A stretch of DNA of 64,000 nucleotides from the human T2T-CHM13v2.0 reference genome, Homo sapiens: NCBI RefSeq assembly GCF_009914755.1, contig NC_060932.1; one strand, given 5' to 3'. Within the stretch, counting starts at the first letter, position 1. Each line of letters opens with the position of its first letter. The position numbers and the translations under genes are program-made. This document shows, one piece after another, positions 45,190-57,490 of this stretch. Below the pieces are notes generated by a model that was given only the letters and a program-made list of their open reading frames with translations, made no database searches and was not told where the DNA came from.

Positions 45190-46894
45190 CTTTGTGGTTT
45201 TTTCTACCTTTGGTGTTTGATGATGGTGACCTACAGATGGGGTTTTGGTGTGGATGTCCTTTTTGTTGATGTTGGTGCTATTCCTTTCTGTTTGTTAGTT
45301 TTCCTTCTAACAGTCAGATCCCTTAGCTGCAGGTCTCTAGGAGATTGCTGGAGGTCCACTCCAGACCCCGTTTGCCTGGGTTTCACCAGTGGAGGTGGCA
45401 GAACAGCAAATAATGCAGAACAGCAAATATTGCTGCCTGATCCTTCCTCTGGAAGCTTCATCTCAGAGGGGCACCTGTCTGTATGAGGTGTCAGTTGGCC
45501 TATACTGGGAGGTGTCTCCCAGTTAGGCTACATGGGGATCAGGGACCCATTTGAGGAGGCATTCTGTCCATTCTCAGAGCTCAAACACCATGCTGGGAGA
45601 ACCACTGCTCTCCTCAGCGCTGTCAGACAGGGACGTTTAAGTCTGCAGAAGTTTCTGCTGCCTTTTGTTCAGCTATGCCCTGTCCCCAGAGATGGAGTCT
45701 ACAGAGGCAGATGGGCCTCCAGACACCCTTTCCCCAGCCAGGCTTGCTGCCTCGCAGTTCAATCTTGGACTAGGAGTGAGCAAGGCTCCTTGGGCATAGG
45801 GACCCACTGAGCCAGGTGGGATATAATCTCCTGGTGTGCTGTTTGCTAAGACCATTGGAAAAGTGCAGTGTTTAGGTGGCAGTGTCCCGATTTTCCTGGT
45901 ATCTTCTGTCATGGCTTCCCTTGGCTAGGAAAAGGAAATCCCCTGACCCCTTGCACTTCTCAGGTGAAGTGATGCCCTGCCCTGCTTCGGCTCATCCTCT
46001 GTGGGCTGCACCCACTTTCCGACCAGTCCCAATGAGATGAATCAGGTACCTCAGTTGGAAATGCAGAAATGACCCGTCTTCTGCGTCAATCACACTGGGA
46101 GCTGCATACCAGAGATGTTCCTATTCAGCCATCTTGGAACTCTCCAATGTTGAACTTTTTTTCATGTTTTTTGGCCACATTTATGTCTTCTTTTGAGAAG
46201 TGTCTGTTAATGTACTTTGCTCACTTTTTAATGAGGTTGTTTTTTTCCTTCAAATTTGCTTAAGTTCTTTGTAGGTTCTGGATGTTAGACCTTTGTCAGA
46301 CGGAGAGATTGTAAAAGTTTTCTCACATTCTGTAGGTTGTCTGTTCACTCTGATGATAATTGTTTCTGCTGTGCAGAAGCTCTTTAGTTTAATAATATCT
46401 CATTTGTCAATGTTTGCTTTTTTTTCAATTGCTTTTGGTGATTTCATCATAAAATCATTGCCCAGACCTATGTCCTGAATGGTACTGCCTAGAGTTTTTC
46501 CAGGGTTTTTATATTTTTGTGTTTTACATTTAAGTCTTTAGGCCATCTTGAGTTAATTTTTGTATAAAGTATAAGGAAGGGGCCCAGTTTCAATTTTCTG
46601 CATATGGCTAGCCAGTTCTCCCAGCATCATTTATTAAACAGAAAATCCTTTCCCCATTGCTTGTTTTTGTCAGGATTCTTTTTAAGATCAGATGGTTGTA
46701 GGTGTGTGGTTTTATTTCTGAGTTCTCTATTCTGTTCCATTGGCCTATATGACTGTTTTTGTAACAGTACTATGCTGTTTTGGTTACTGCAGCCTTTTAA
46801 TATAGTTTGAAGTCAGGTAGCTTGATGCCTCCAGCTTTGTTCTTTTTGCTTAGGGTTGTTCTGGCTATATGACCTCTCTTTTGGTTTCATATAA

Positions 46895-47194
46895 TTTTTT
46901 TTTTTTCTTTTGAGACTAGTCTAACTCTGTCTCCCAAGCTGGAGTTGGAGTGCAGTGACACAATCTCAGCTCACTGCATCCTCCACCTCCCGTGTTCAAG
47001 CGATTCTTTTGCCTCAGCCTCTTAAGTAGGTGAGACTACAGGCACGCCATCATGCCCAGCTAATTTGTGTATTTTTAGTAGAGACAGGGTTTCACCATAT
47101 TGGCAAGACTGGTCTCAAACTCCTGACCTTTTGATCTGCCCACCTCGGCCTCCCAAAGTGCTGGGATTACAGGCCTGAGCCATTGCTCCCAGTC
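46895..47194 (-). mobile_element. AluS nested in the host L1PA
   Basis: Reverse-strand dimer; TSD-like tcatat(g)aatttt. Confidence 0.95.
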
Positions 47195-50100
47195 TCATAT
47201 GAATTTTAAAATAGTTTTTTTTCCTAATTCTGTGAAGAATGTTAATGGTAATTTAATGGGAATAGCATTGAGTCAACAAATTGCTTTGGGCAGTATGGCC
47301 ATTTTCATGATACTGACTTCCTATCCATCAGCATGGAATTTTTTCCCGTTTGTTTGTTTCCTGTCTGATTTCCTTGAGCGGTGGTTTGTAGTTCTCCTTG
47401 AAGAGGTCCTTCACTTCCCCTTGTTGCCTGTATTCCCATGTATTTTATTCTCTTTGTGGCAATTGTGAATAGGAGTTCATTCATGATTTGGCTGTCTGCT
47501 TGTCTTGCTGGTGTATGGAAATGCTTGTGATTGCTGCACATTGATTTTGTATCCCAAGACTTTGCTGAAGTTGCTTATCAGCTTAAGAAGCTTTTGGGCT
47601 GAGTCAATGGGGTTTTCTACATATAGGATCATGTTGTCTGCAAACAAAATTTGATTTCCTTTCTTCTTCCTTCTTCCCATTTGGACTGCATTTCTTTTAG
47701 TTATTGAGACTTCTATTAACATAACTCAAACAGTTAACTAAAAATTACACTAAAAATGTTTTGAGGTTTACATCTGCTACTCTGGCTAAGAAATGAAAGT
47801 TCTTTTGAACAAAAATGTTAATTACCTTTTGAATTATTAAGACATCAGGATGCAAAACTGTAATTTGAGTAGCTGAAATTCAGTAAAACCAATAGTATTA
47901 TGGAAAAAAGGGAAGGAAAGGAAATTCAAATATTCTACTATATAATTGAGATATGTAATAGATAAAGAGCATTTGTTTCATTTTGTTTTTCTTTTTATGT
48001 AAGGCAATTAAAAAACACAAATGTTTTATATTTTAAGATTATATTAATATTTATGTAATGGTTTAATGATTCACAATTTACTAGGCATTTTTATAAACAT
48101 TTCTCCCTGGTAATCTTCACATCACCTTGCTATAAAAATCAAATCCCTTCCAGAACATGGAACACAGCTGTGAAGGTTAAACAATAGATGCTGAATCACA
48201 CATCAAGTGATGGGTGGACCACTAACTCCACCTATATTTCCCCCTTTTTCTCAACTGGCTAAGAAAAACACTGTTAACATCCATTATGAGCCAAATTCTG
48301 TGCCAAAGTGTATAGATACAGGGTAAAGAGACAGCCATGGTTTACATTATATTAAATTTACAGGAAAGCAGTTGCCAGATTCCCTATTTTTTCTCTCCAC
48401 TACTCTTTCCTATACTGATTACTCATTTCCTATACTGATTACACTGAATCTCTGATGTTAGAAAACCGCTTCAGGGGAAAAACAGAAAGTGATATTCTTT
48501 AATAGGCAATAGATATTAAATTTTCACATAAAGGAATATACTTTATTTCAAAAATCCCATTCATCAAATTATCTAAGCTGGGCATTCAACAGGGTGCTGC
48601 AGAGAAAGAAATGAATAAAACAAGAGTCTTTCATTAGAAACTAATGGGAGTCACAGACAGAATAATTTGAGTGCTGAAAGAAAATACAAGTAATTTCTTA
48701 TGGGAGAGTGGAGGACAAGGAGTTTCTCATGTTTATATCCTTAGTGAAGTACCACATAGTAATATTTTAAAGAGGATTTGTGGGATTTAATAAAGCAGCA
48801 ATAACTTGTGTATAAGGGGAGCCAGGGAAAATCTTAAGGAAAATGTGGCATCTAAATAGTCATCAAAAAGATACAACATTAAAATTCCATCTCATTTACA
48901 GTTAGTACTAGTAGAATAAAAGTCAGCTAACTGGGGATAATTGTTTTGTTTAACTTTCCAAGTAATATGTCTCAAATTTCTAAATTGCCTGAAATCTAAT
49001 AAACAACACATGACATTGGTGTTATCTCCTGAAAGCAATAAGGAAATGAGCCTAAATCTCAGAAAGTTAATTGACTTATACAGTCTGTGCCCATTATCCA
49101 GCAGATATGAAATTTTATATTTTTTCAACTTCATCAAGTCTCCTGGTTTAAGTCAATGACCACAGATACTTTTAAAAATATTTTCTAATTTTTACGTTAT
49201 CTCAGGTGACTGTCTCATAAATAGAAATGACTTTAAAATTTCTACTTTAAAACTTATTTTTAAATATAAAAACCCTGCTTAAATAGATATATTTTATTTT
49301 GCTTGTGAGATCAAAGACTCTACGCATTTTTAATCTCTTATATTCTCAGAATTTTTTATAGCAAACATTTTTGTACTGGTTCCCAAACAGAGGATATTTA
49401 GGAAATTTCAGCATAATAGAAAGTTGATCAGAAGTAGGCCACATACAATCCTTCAGAAGAATTTCAGAAGATGAAAAAGTCAGTTAGATTGTTTGTTGGG
49501 TTCTGACAGAACTTAACATTGAATATCATCAGCCTGAAAGTGGTTTGTAGCAAAAGGTTAGTTATTTTCCCCAAATTGTTTTTTCCATTTGTTGCTCAAA
49601 ACTATTAAATGGAATGGGGTGACAAAACTATTCAATTTCAACAAAGATAATCCAGAGCAGTTTTAGATGAAGAAGATAAGAAATAACTTGGGCAGAAATA
49701 TCTATATACTTGTCATAAAATTGTGAGCATTCAGGATTTGACATTCCAAGGAGGACTTGGTATACATGAAATAAAGAAGTTATCCAAGCGCAAGCTCACT
49801 TGTCTTCAGATCAAGGTGTTAGTAGCAGGTTGACTGCCATGAGTAGTTTTCAAAATCTTTATCAATAATCTTGATCAGTGACCTGAAAAATTCATTAAAA
49901 AGATGCATGCTCTCACTCATCTTTATTTTTCCCAACCATATTGTTGTTTATATTTTACTACCTCCACCACCAACCTATATAGTAAAGTATTTAAAATGAG
50001 AGAATTCTACAGATCGTGTAGAAGATATGTATTTTTTTCCAGTATTTGGTTTTGTGATTTTTAAGTTATATGATTTATCTTTTAGCTATATACTCATGGA

Positions 50101-51251
50101 TCATCAAGAGAAAAGATAGCCATAACCATACAAATACAAATTTATAAAGACAGTTAGTATACTTTGTAGCATATTACCTCTTAAAATTCCTCCCAATACT
50201 ATATTATCTATATTTCTACTACAATAATTTTGCCCACATACTCACATTCTTAGCTCCAGTCAACTTCCTATAGGCATGACAAACAGAAAAGACAGCATTT
50301 ATGACTTCCATTGTAGGATAAAATAAGGTGCATTTTTCTATTTTCATAAAACTTGGATGGAAAGTAAAAGAAAATATATTCATATCCATGCTTAAACTAT
50401 CACGTAAGCATGCAATGGGCTTTTCTCCCAAATTGAGCCATTCTTCTATGACATAGACTAGGACCTAACAATTTCTCTGTTTCTAGTTTCTAGGGCACTT
50501 GCTAAAATGTGCTTAATTGATGTTGGATGAAATAATATCCACGTTTCCTATAATTAAATTCTAATGCTCATATGTATACTCATAATGTCATCTCCAAGAA
50601 TAAGGAAGGAATATACGGGAAACTGCTTAATCATCTCACCAGGAATTTCATCCAATACAAATTGGAACTACCAGGGCATGAGAAATTGGTTGCTGTGTCC
50701 AAAGTAAGAATTGTAGTCTTTTCCTAATATATGTGCCTGTTTATTGGGTTTCCAGATAACATCTCTAAAAGAAAATTCCTCCTGAGGTTTGTAAAGAGTG
50801 TTTGACATATTCATGAATTATTTATTAAAAAAAGTCCTCCTAGTCTGAAACCCTATCTAACAGTATCAAGTTAGAAAGCTGCAGCATTGAAGATAGTTAT
50901 CAATAAATCAGCTGATAATGTGAGATTTAATTTTAATGCACAAGAAGAGAAGTTGACTTTAAATCCCTTTACCCCATAGCTAATTCCTTAGGCTATATAA
51001 TCTGGTTATGGTAGGAAGTTTTTCTACAGTAGAAAATCTTGAACAAAATCTACCAGTTGCTCCTCAGAAGATCATCAACTAGCCTATTGACTCCCTCTTC
51101 TGCATAATTAAAATATTTTCTCAGATAACTCAGATTTAACTTCCTGGCAATAAAATCATTTTTCTACCAACTGCCTCTGTCTAATGTTGGTTTTAGCCTG
51201 TGGTATAATATTAATAGACTAGAAGAGATGTAAAATATATAAATATATAAA

Positions 51252-51585
51252 TTTTTTAGACAGTGTCTTGACTTGTCACCTAGACTGGAGTGAGTAGCAT
51301 GATCATAGCTGTCTGTAGCCTAGACCTCAAGGGCTCAAACCATCCTCCTGCCTCAGCCTCTGGAGTAGCTGGGACTACAGGTGTGCACCACCATGACCAG
51401 CCATTAAAAATAATGGCAAAAACTGCAGTTACTTTTGCACCAACTTAATAATGTTTTACTGCTTTTTGTAGAGATGGAGTCTCACTATGTACCCAGTCTG
51501 GTCTCAAACTCCTGGGCTCAAGCGATTTGCCCACCATGGCCTCCCACAGTGCTGGGATGACAGGTATGAGTCACCGTGCCTGGCC
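51252..51585 (-). mobile_element. AluJ with MADE1 fragment in its linker
   Basis: gggctcaaaccatcctcctgcctcagcc and ctcctgggctcaagcgat (J-type) monomers on the minus strand. Confidence 0.9.
51400..51450. mobile_element. MADE1 (Hsmar1-derived MITE), one TIR mostly missing
   Basis: gccattaaaaataatggcaaaaactgcagttacttttgcaccaacttaata matches the MADE1 centre, one TIR and a terminal TA. Confidence 0.88.
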
Positions 51586-52293
51586 CTCTTATTTTCATTT
51601 ACATACTTAGTATATAGTTTGAGAACTATTCTCAAAAAGATTCAGTGCTGAATTTTATTTATTAAGTTAAAAAATAGCCATTGATTTCATGACAATGAAA
51701 CACTAATGGAAAGACTTCAACACATTCACATTCAGGCTTAACTCTGTGTTCACATTCTTTTCTTTCCGAATGTATCTGCATGGTTCTCTTAAGCTATCTT
51801 AAGGCTGGGATGAGTGTGAGGAAACCTGCGTAAACAGACATTAAGGACACATACCCAACTTTAATCAGAGTTATTGTGCTTTTATAATGATTTTGATTTT
51901 GAAGTAAAATTTTCTGTGAAGAAAGTATTTGGTAGCTTAAAACACAATGATGATATAATGGATGTTTTGGTTGATGCTAGGTATGAGTTATCTAAAGCCA
52001 CTACATTAATCTTTTCCAAAAATATTGAATCTTGCAGTGTTGTCAATTCTTAAGGAAAAAGAAATTGGAGAATTAGGGGCAGTAGGGGCTTTGAATTGGA
52101 TAGGCCCTATATTCCTGATACCATCATTTATCATGTTGTCATGTTCTCTGTTACTGTTGGTATAAGTTAACTCCAATCTCTTGCAGGATCTGAAAATTAT
52201 TCTGTGGTATTGATCAGTTTATCTTATTAATAGAGACATAAAGGTCTTATTTACGCCTCTCTGGTACATCATTAGTGAGACCAATCTTCAAGG

Positions 52294-52445
52294 CAGCCTC
52301 GTCTAATAGAAATATAATATGAGACACATATGTCATATTAAATTATTTAATAACTGTATTAAAATAAAAATGTGTAATTAATTTTCATAATCTATTTTAT
52401 TTAACTCAATATAACCAAAATATTATCTCTCCAACATTTAATCAT
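52294..52445 (+). mobile_element. MER3/MER33-like hAT MITE fragment
   Basis: cagcctcgtctaatagaaatataatatgagacacata ... tattttatttaactcaatataaccaaaatattat. Confidence 0.7.
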
Positions 52446-52459
52446 TGACTAGGATAAGT

Positions 52460-52636
52460 GCTCAAACTGTTCCCAATATCTGATCTCACTCTGTATTTCA
52501 ATAAAACTTTATTAATGGGCTCTGAAATTTGATTGTCATCTAATTTTTATGTGTCACAAAATATGATTCTTCTTTTGATTTTCTTCAACCATTTAAAAAT
52601 GTCAAAAGCCATCCTTAGATCATGATCCATAGAAAA
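52460..52636 (+). mobile_element. MER58B-like hAT MITE fragment
   Basis: caataaaacttttatt..ctgaaatttga...gtcacaaaatatgattcttcttttgatttt..caaccatttaaaaatgt. Confidence 0.7.
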
Positions 52637-54509
52637 GTTATGTTGGTCTCTGAGCTAACACGTTAGTGGGTACATAATTCATAGTATTTTAAAAAAATTA
52701 TCTTGACTTAATTTAATACCAACTAGTGAAAACTGGGTTAGAATTAAAATTCAAGCTGCAGCCAAACTGAAGAATTTCATGAATTATCTTTTGATTTTTA
52801 TTATAATGAATAAATGAATAAATTCCATAAAAACTTTGTTTATTCTGGAAAGTCATGTTGTCCTATTTTGTAATTTTCCTACTGCTCCATTTCTGTTGTG
52901 GAATAAACTAACTGATCCTGACATTCTACATCTTTTTGCACGGTGGATTTGTAGTTTATGTTTATATTCTCTTGGGAGAATATACTATATTTAGGTGTAT
53001 TCATTATAGTCATTCTTTTTGGAAAGTTGCAATTCTACACTTTGTCTTTAAATATACTCATATGTTGCATTAGATGAACTGATGAATTAGATGAACTTAG
53101 AACCTGTGTTTATATTGTTTATTTTGGGTAGCTCAGTTTTGCCAACATTTATTAGGTATAGAAAATATGCAAAGATATTTCTAGGTAGAGATGTCAATGT
53201 TCTATGATCCAGAAAAATTAAAATCTCACCTTTTTGTGAATTCTAAATTGAAGAAAATTGTCAATATAAAAACTGTGATGCTTTATAAATAAGTCTCCTT
53301 GCACCCACTTATTTAGATGTCTCTATTAATTGTCAGTCCAAACAAATGCAAGAAGTTAAACATTAAATCAGGCTTTAATTTTAATTTTGAACTTTTAGAG
53401 TCAGATTTCTTTTTAAAGACTAAACTGCTTTAAAATAGTCATTAAAACATCATTTTTCTTTTTACCAACTATTTCTAGGGTTTATCAGAGTCTAATAAAA
53501 CCCCATAGATTAATTAGTCATGACCTGAAGTCATAATTTAAAATATTAGAATATTATGCTAATGTATTATTACATCAAAACACATTTAACTGAAGCCCAA
53601 ATGAAATGGATTTTTCTCTATTATTAGAACTTTGGAATAATATCTTCAAAGTCAATGTACAATGTGCCATTTTAAAATACCTCAAATACCACTTTATCTT
53701 TCTCTTGGGAAATTGGACATATAATTTATTTCTGCCTACATTATGCTATGCAGCAATTCACCTTTGTTTCATATTTGTATTGGGAAGAAATGTTAAATCA
53801 TTTTTTTCTTTGATTATTCTTATTATGCTCCAAGTTTATGTTGGTCTTAGAGTTAATTTTGAATCTTCCAGCTGTACAGGTTGTTGTCATAAAACACACT
53901 TTTTAGTAACGTTTCGTTTTTTCAAAACCCATTCCACACACTGCTTTACTTCTCTATGATCTTTTAGGTACACAATGATGAAAAGACCTCATGCCTTGTA
54001 TTCTCTTGTTTTGCCTTAACTAAAAGGTAAAAGAAGATAAATAGATCCCAACATTTGATTGTCAAATGGACTGCTCTCCGTGTAAAAAGGATTTAGATTA
54101 GGAGACAAATTATACAGATTTGAGTCTTGGAAACTCTACAGCTACAAATGTATGCTTAATATTGACGCATAGTGGTTCAGAAATTTTATAGTAAATATAT
54201 TTTGTACGCTAAATGGAAGTGTTATTAGTTCTGTTGAATACAAGATTCTCCAAAGAAGACAATTAGCCTTAAGTCATTGGGCAGAAATGGTATTAACATC
54301 TATGCTAGACTCAGATAATGACAGAAATAGGGCTGCCTGAAATGGATTATTTTGCCGAAACCAGTTGACATAAGAACTTTATAATTGAAGGAGACAGGAA
54401 AATTGTATGTGTTGTAAAATTGAGTTAAAAACACTTTGAGATTTGAGTGTTCTTTCTTCTTTGCTTTCTCACTATTATTGAGTTATTCTAAGGTCAACAT
54501 GAAGCTATA

Positions 54510-55960
54510 GTGGAACCAAATATTGGCTTATTTCACAAGAAAGAGCTTTAATTTTTCTTGTAAGTAGGATGAAGTAGTCTATGGAAGGCAAATCCTCTCA
54601 CTAATAAAAATGAGAAAAAAATGGTGTATTACAGCCATATTATAGTAAAGCTATCAGAGAGCCATGGAAGCAAGAAGGACCAAAAGAGCACTCTTCCTAA
54701 GAGCAGAGAACAGAGAAGTTCTCAAAGTGCACTAAGGGTGTGAAAATGTTCCTGGGAGCATTAGCCAATTCTAGATGCAGGCTAGACAAAGACAAAGCTT
54801 CTGTGTTAGGCCTAGAAAGGGCCGCTATTGAGAAATCAATAGATGTTTTAATGATTATATAGGGCTGGAGTAACAAAATTGAAGACTCAAGGATCCTCAC
54901 ACACACCAATGTTTTTGAGAATTGTAAATTCTGAAGATTTGAGGGTTAGGAAATTAAATGACTAAGCCAAACATTTCTAAAAGCAAAGTGTACTTCCCTC
55001 TGTCTCTTTAGCCTGAGGAGGTAAGATCACTCTAGATGTTCATTGAAAGACATGGAGGCCATGTCCTAGGAACTTAGCAAACCAGGAGTAGTCTGAGTTG
55101 TGTCAAAACTGGAGCCCAGATTTGAGCCAGTTCACTGCATGTTTTAATTAAAGGGTTCAGCCCATACTTTTTCTGCCTAGCAGAGGAAAGGAAAAATTCT
55201 GTCTGGTAAGAGCTAAATGACCTTCAGCCCCTAAAAATTTTAATATAAATATTCATCATTAAATGTAATATTTAGAGACATTTAAAACGAACAGGATTGG
55301 AATGATAATCAAGGGCATAAAACAGATGCTAAAAGGATACCATTAGATGATCCGGATGTTGAAGTTAACACCAAATGACTTTAAGTTATAATAACAATAT
55401 TTAAAAAGCTAGAGGAAGATTAAAGAATAAATAAAAATATAGATTTAAAAAGGCTAATTGCAACAGAGAAAGATAATATATAAAAATAATCAATTGGATA
55501 TTCTTGAATTAAAAGGTAAATATCTGAAATTAAGACTGGTGGTTGCATTTACCAGCAGATTAAACAGAAGAGAATGCAGGATTAGTCAACTGGAAGTAAT
55601 ATTAACAAAAAATATGTATGTTGAAGCATAAAGAAAAAATAATAATGATCAGATAAGAAACCTGTGGAATATAATTTAAGCATCCAAAATACTATTTGGA
55701 ATAAGAGAGAATGATTAAGAAACAGATAAATAGCCAAAGATTTTTAAAATTACTGAAATGCTTTAACACATTGTTTACAAACCTCAGCAAAACCTAAGCA
55801 AGATAAACATGAAGAAAATACGATTGAGGAACAGCATAATCAATCTTTTAAAAACTAAAAATAAAGAGAAAATATTAAAGCTGCTAGAAAAAAAATCTTC
55901 TTCATCTTATCTGATTCCTCACAGAAATTATGGAAGACAGAAGAAAGTGAAATGTTATCT
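54510..55960 (+). mobile_element. Ancient L1ME-type 5'/ORF1 region
   Basis: A-rich degenerate ORF1-like motifs (ggattagtcaactggaag; aaagagaaaatattaaagctgctagaaaaa; cagaaattatggaagacagaag). Confidence 0.55.
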
Positions 55961-56429
55961 TTGGAAACTTTAGTCTTCATTCTAAAATATTTGTTATGGA
56001 ACAATTAGAAATTTGAGATAAATTTTACAAGAAAAAAGTAAGCAGTTCATCAAAATAGGACAGAAAAATAGTAAACAAATGCTTTTACATTGCCAAGTCT
56101 GACATGTACAATTTCAGTAAGGTAGGTAAAATTGAAGAAGTCATTGTGAGTTTCCTGAATAAAGTGATTATCAATGTCCTTACAAGATAAAGTGGGAGAT
56201 TTACACTTTTCATTACCAAATACTTTTTTCATAAACTCTGAAAAATAAATTTATAGATGTACATGATAATTGCATACTTTACACAATTTTTAAAGGACTC
56301 TTGTGACTAATTCAAGCAAAATTTTACATAGATTTAAGTCACTATCAAATTAGCATGAGTTTGTTCCATAAGAATCTCCCTTTTAGTATATGTAAAAGTT
56401 AATCATTTTTATCTTTCAAAGTTTACTGG

Positions 56430-57490
56430 CTTCTAACTCATCCCATTTCTCTCATCAGCCTTTTTTAGTGTTCTTCATAGGTGAAATTTTCTTTGCATAC
56501 CTTGCAATGGTGGCGTCCCCTAAAGTTCTGTCCTGGGTATATTCCACAATCATTTTCATTACCTTGTAGTGTTTTTCTCACACAATTTTAAGAATCATCA
56601 AAATTCTAAATAGCCAAATAAAAACATTTCTGATTCAATTTATTCTCTTATTATTTAGACTTGGATATTTAACTACCTCATTTCTCCTTTCTGTTGTCCC
56701 ACAGACACTGTAAATGTGTTCAAACTGAATTCAGATTTTTATTGCTCCTCCCTTCTTGATTCCATGGCTCTGCTGATCTTGGTTCTCTTAAATTTTTTGT
56801 CTTGATTACTGGCTCCACCATCACTGGTGTCTAATTTCTATTGATCCTTTCTTTTTTATGTCTTTTCTCATTCTTCATTATATTGCTACTGCCTTCTTTT
56901 AACATTTCTCTGCTAGAATAAATGCATGATCTCTGACCTTCCCTATGAATCCCCCCACCATAGTCCTTACCAATGCAGGATAAACACATGTATCTAATTA
57001 TGGCCCTCTACTGATTAACATTACTTAATGACTCCTCATTACATATAGGGAATAGGTCAAAATCCATAATAATGCAGGCAAAGTCCTGCATTATCTATTT
57101 TTTGACTGCCTTTATTATTATACTTTCTGCTATTGCCCATGACATCCTACCATCCATGCTCTAGGGTTTCTGAATATCTTGCTGATCCCCAAAGCAGCCA
57201 TGCTATTAAATATATTACTTATTAATGTTGCCCTTTCTGCTCAACTGCAAAGTCAATTCAACAATTAAATTTCCATGAAGATTTTCTGTACCACTATTGC
57301 CAAAACTAGCCTCAGACATTGTGCCTGTGTATGAGTTGCTATCACATACCAAAAAGCTTTCTGTCACTGACAAATCTGTTTCTCTGTATTAAAATGATCT
57401 AAAGTTTATAGACGGTTTCTGACTCATAGTTTTTCCATCTTCAATACAATGTATAGCAGCTAGTAAATGTTTGCTGAATGTCTGAATGAA
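56430..57490 (+). mobile_element. L2 3' portion
   Basis: Pyrimidine-rich L2 motifs ending in the L2 tail agtaaatgtttgctgaatgtctgaatgaa. Confidence 0.6.
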
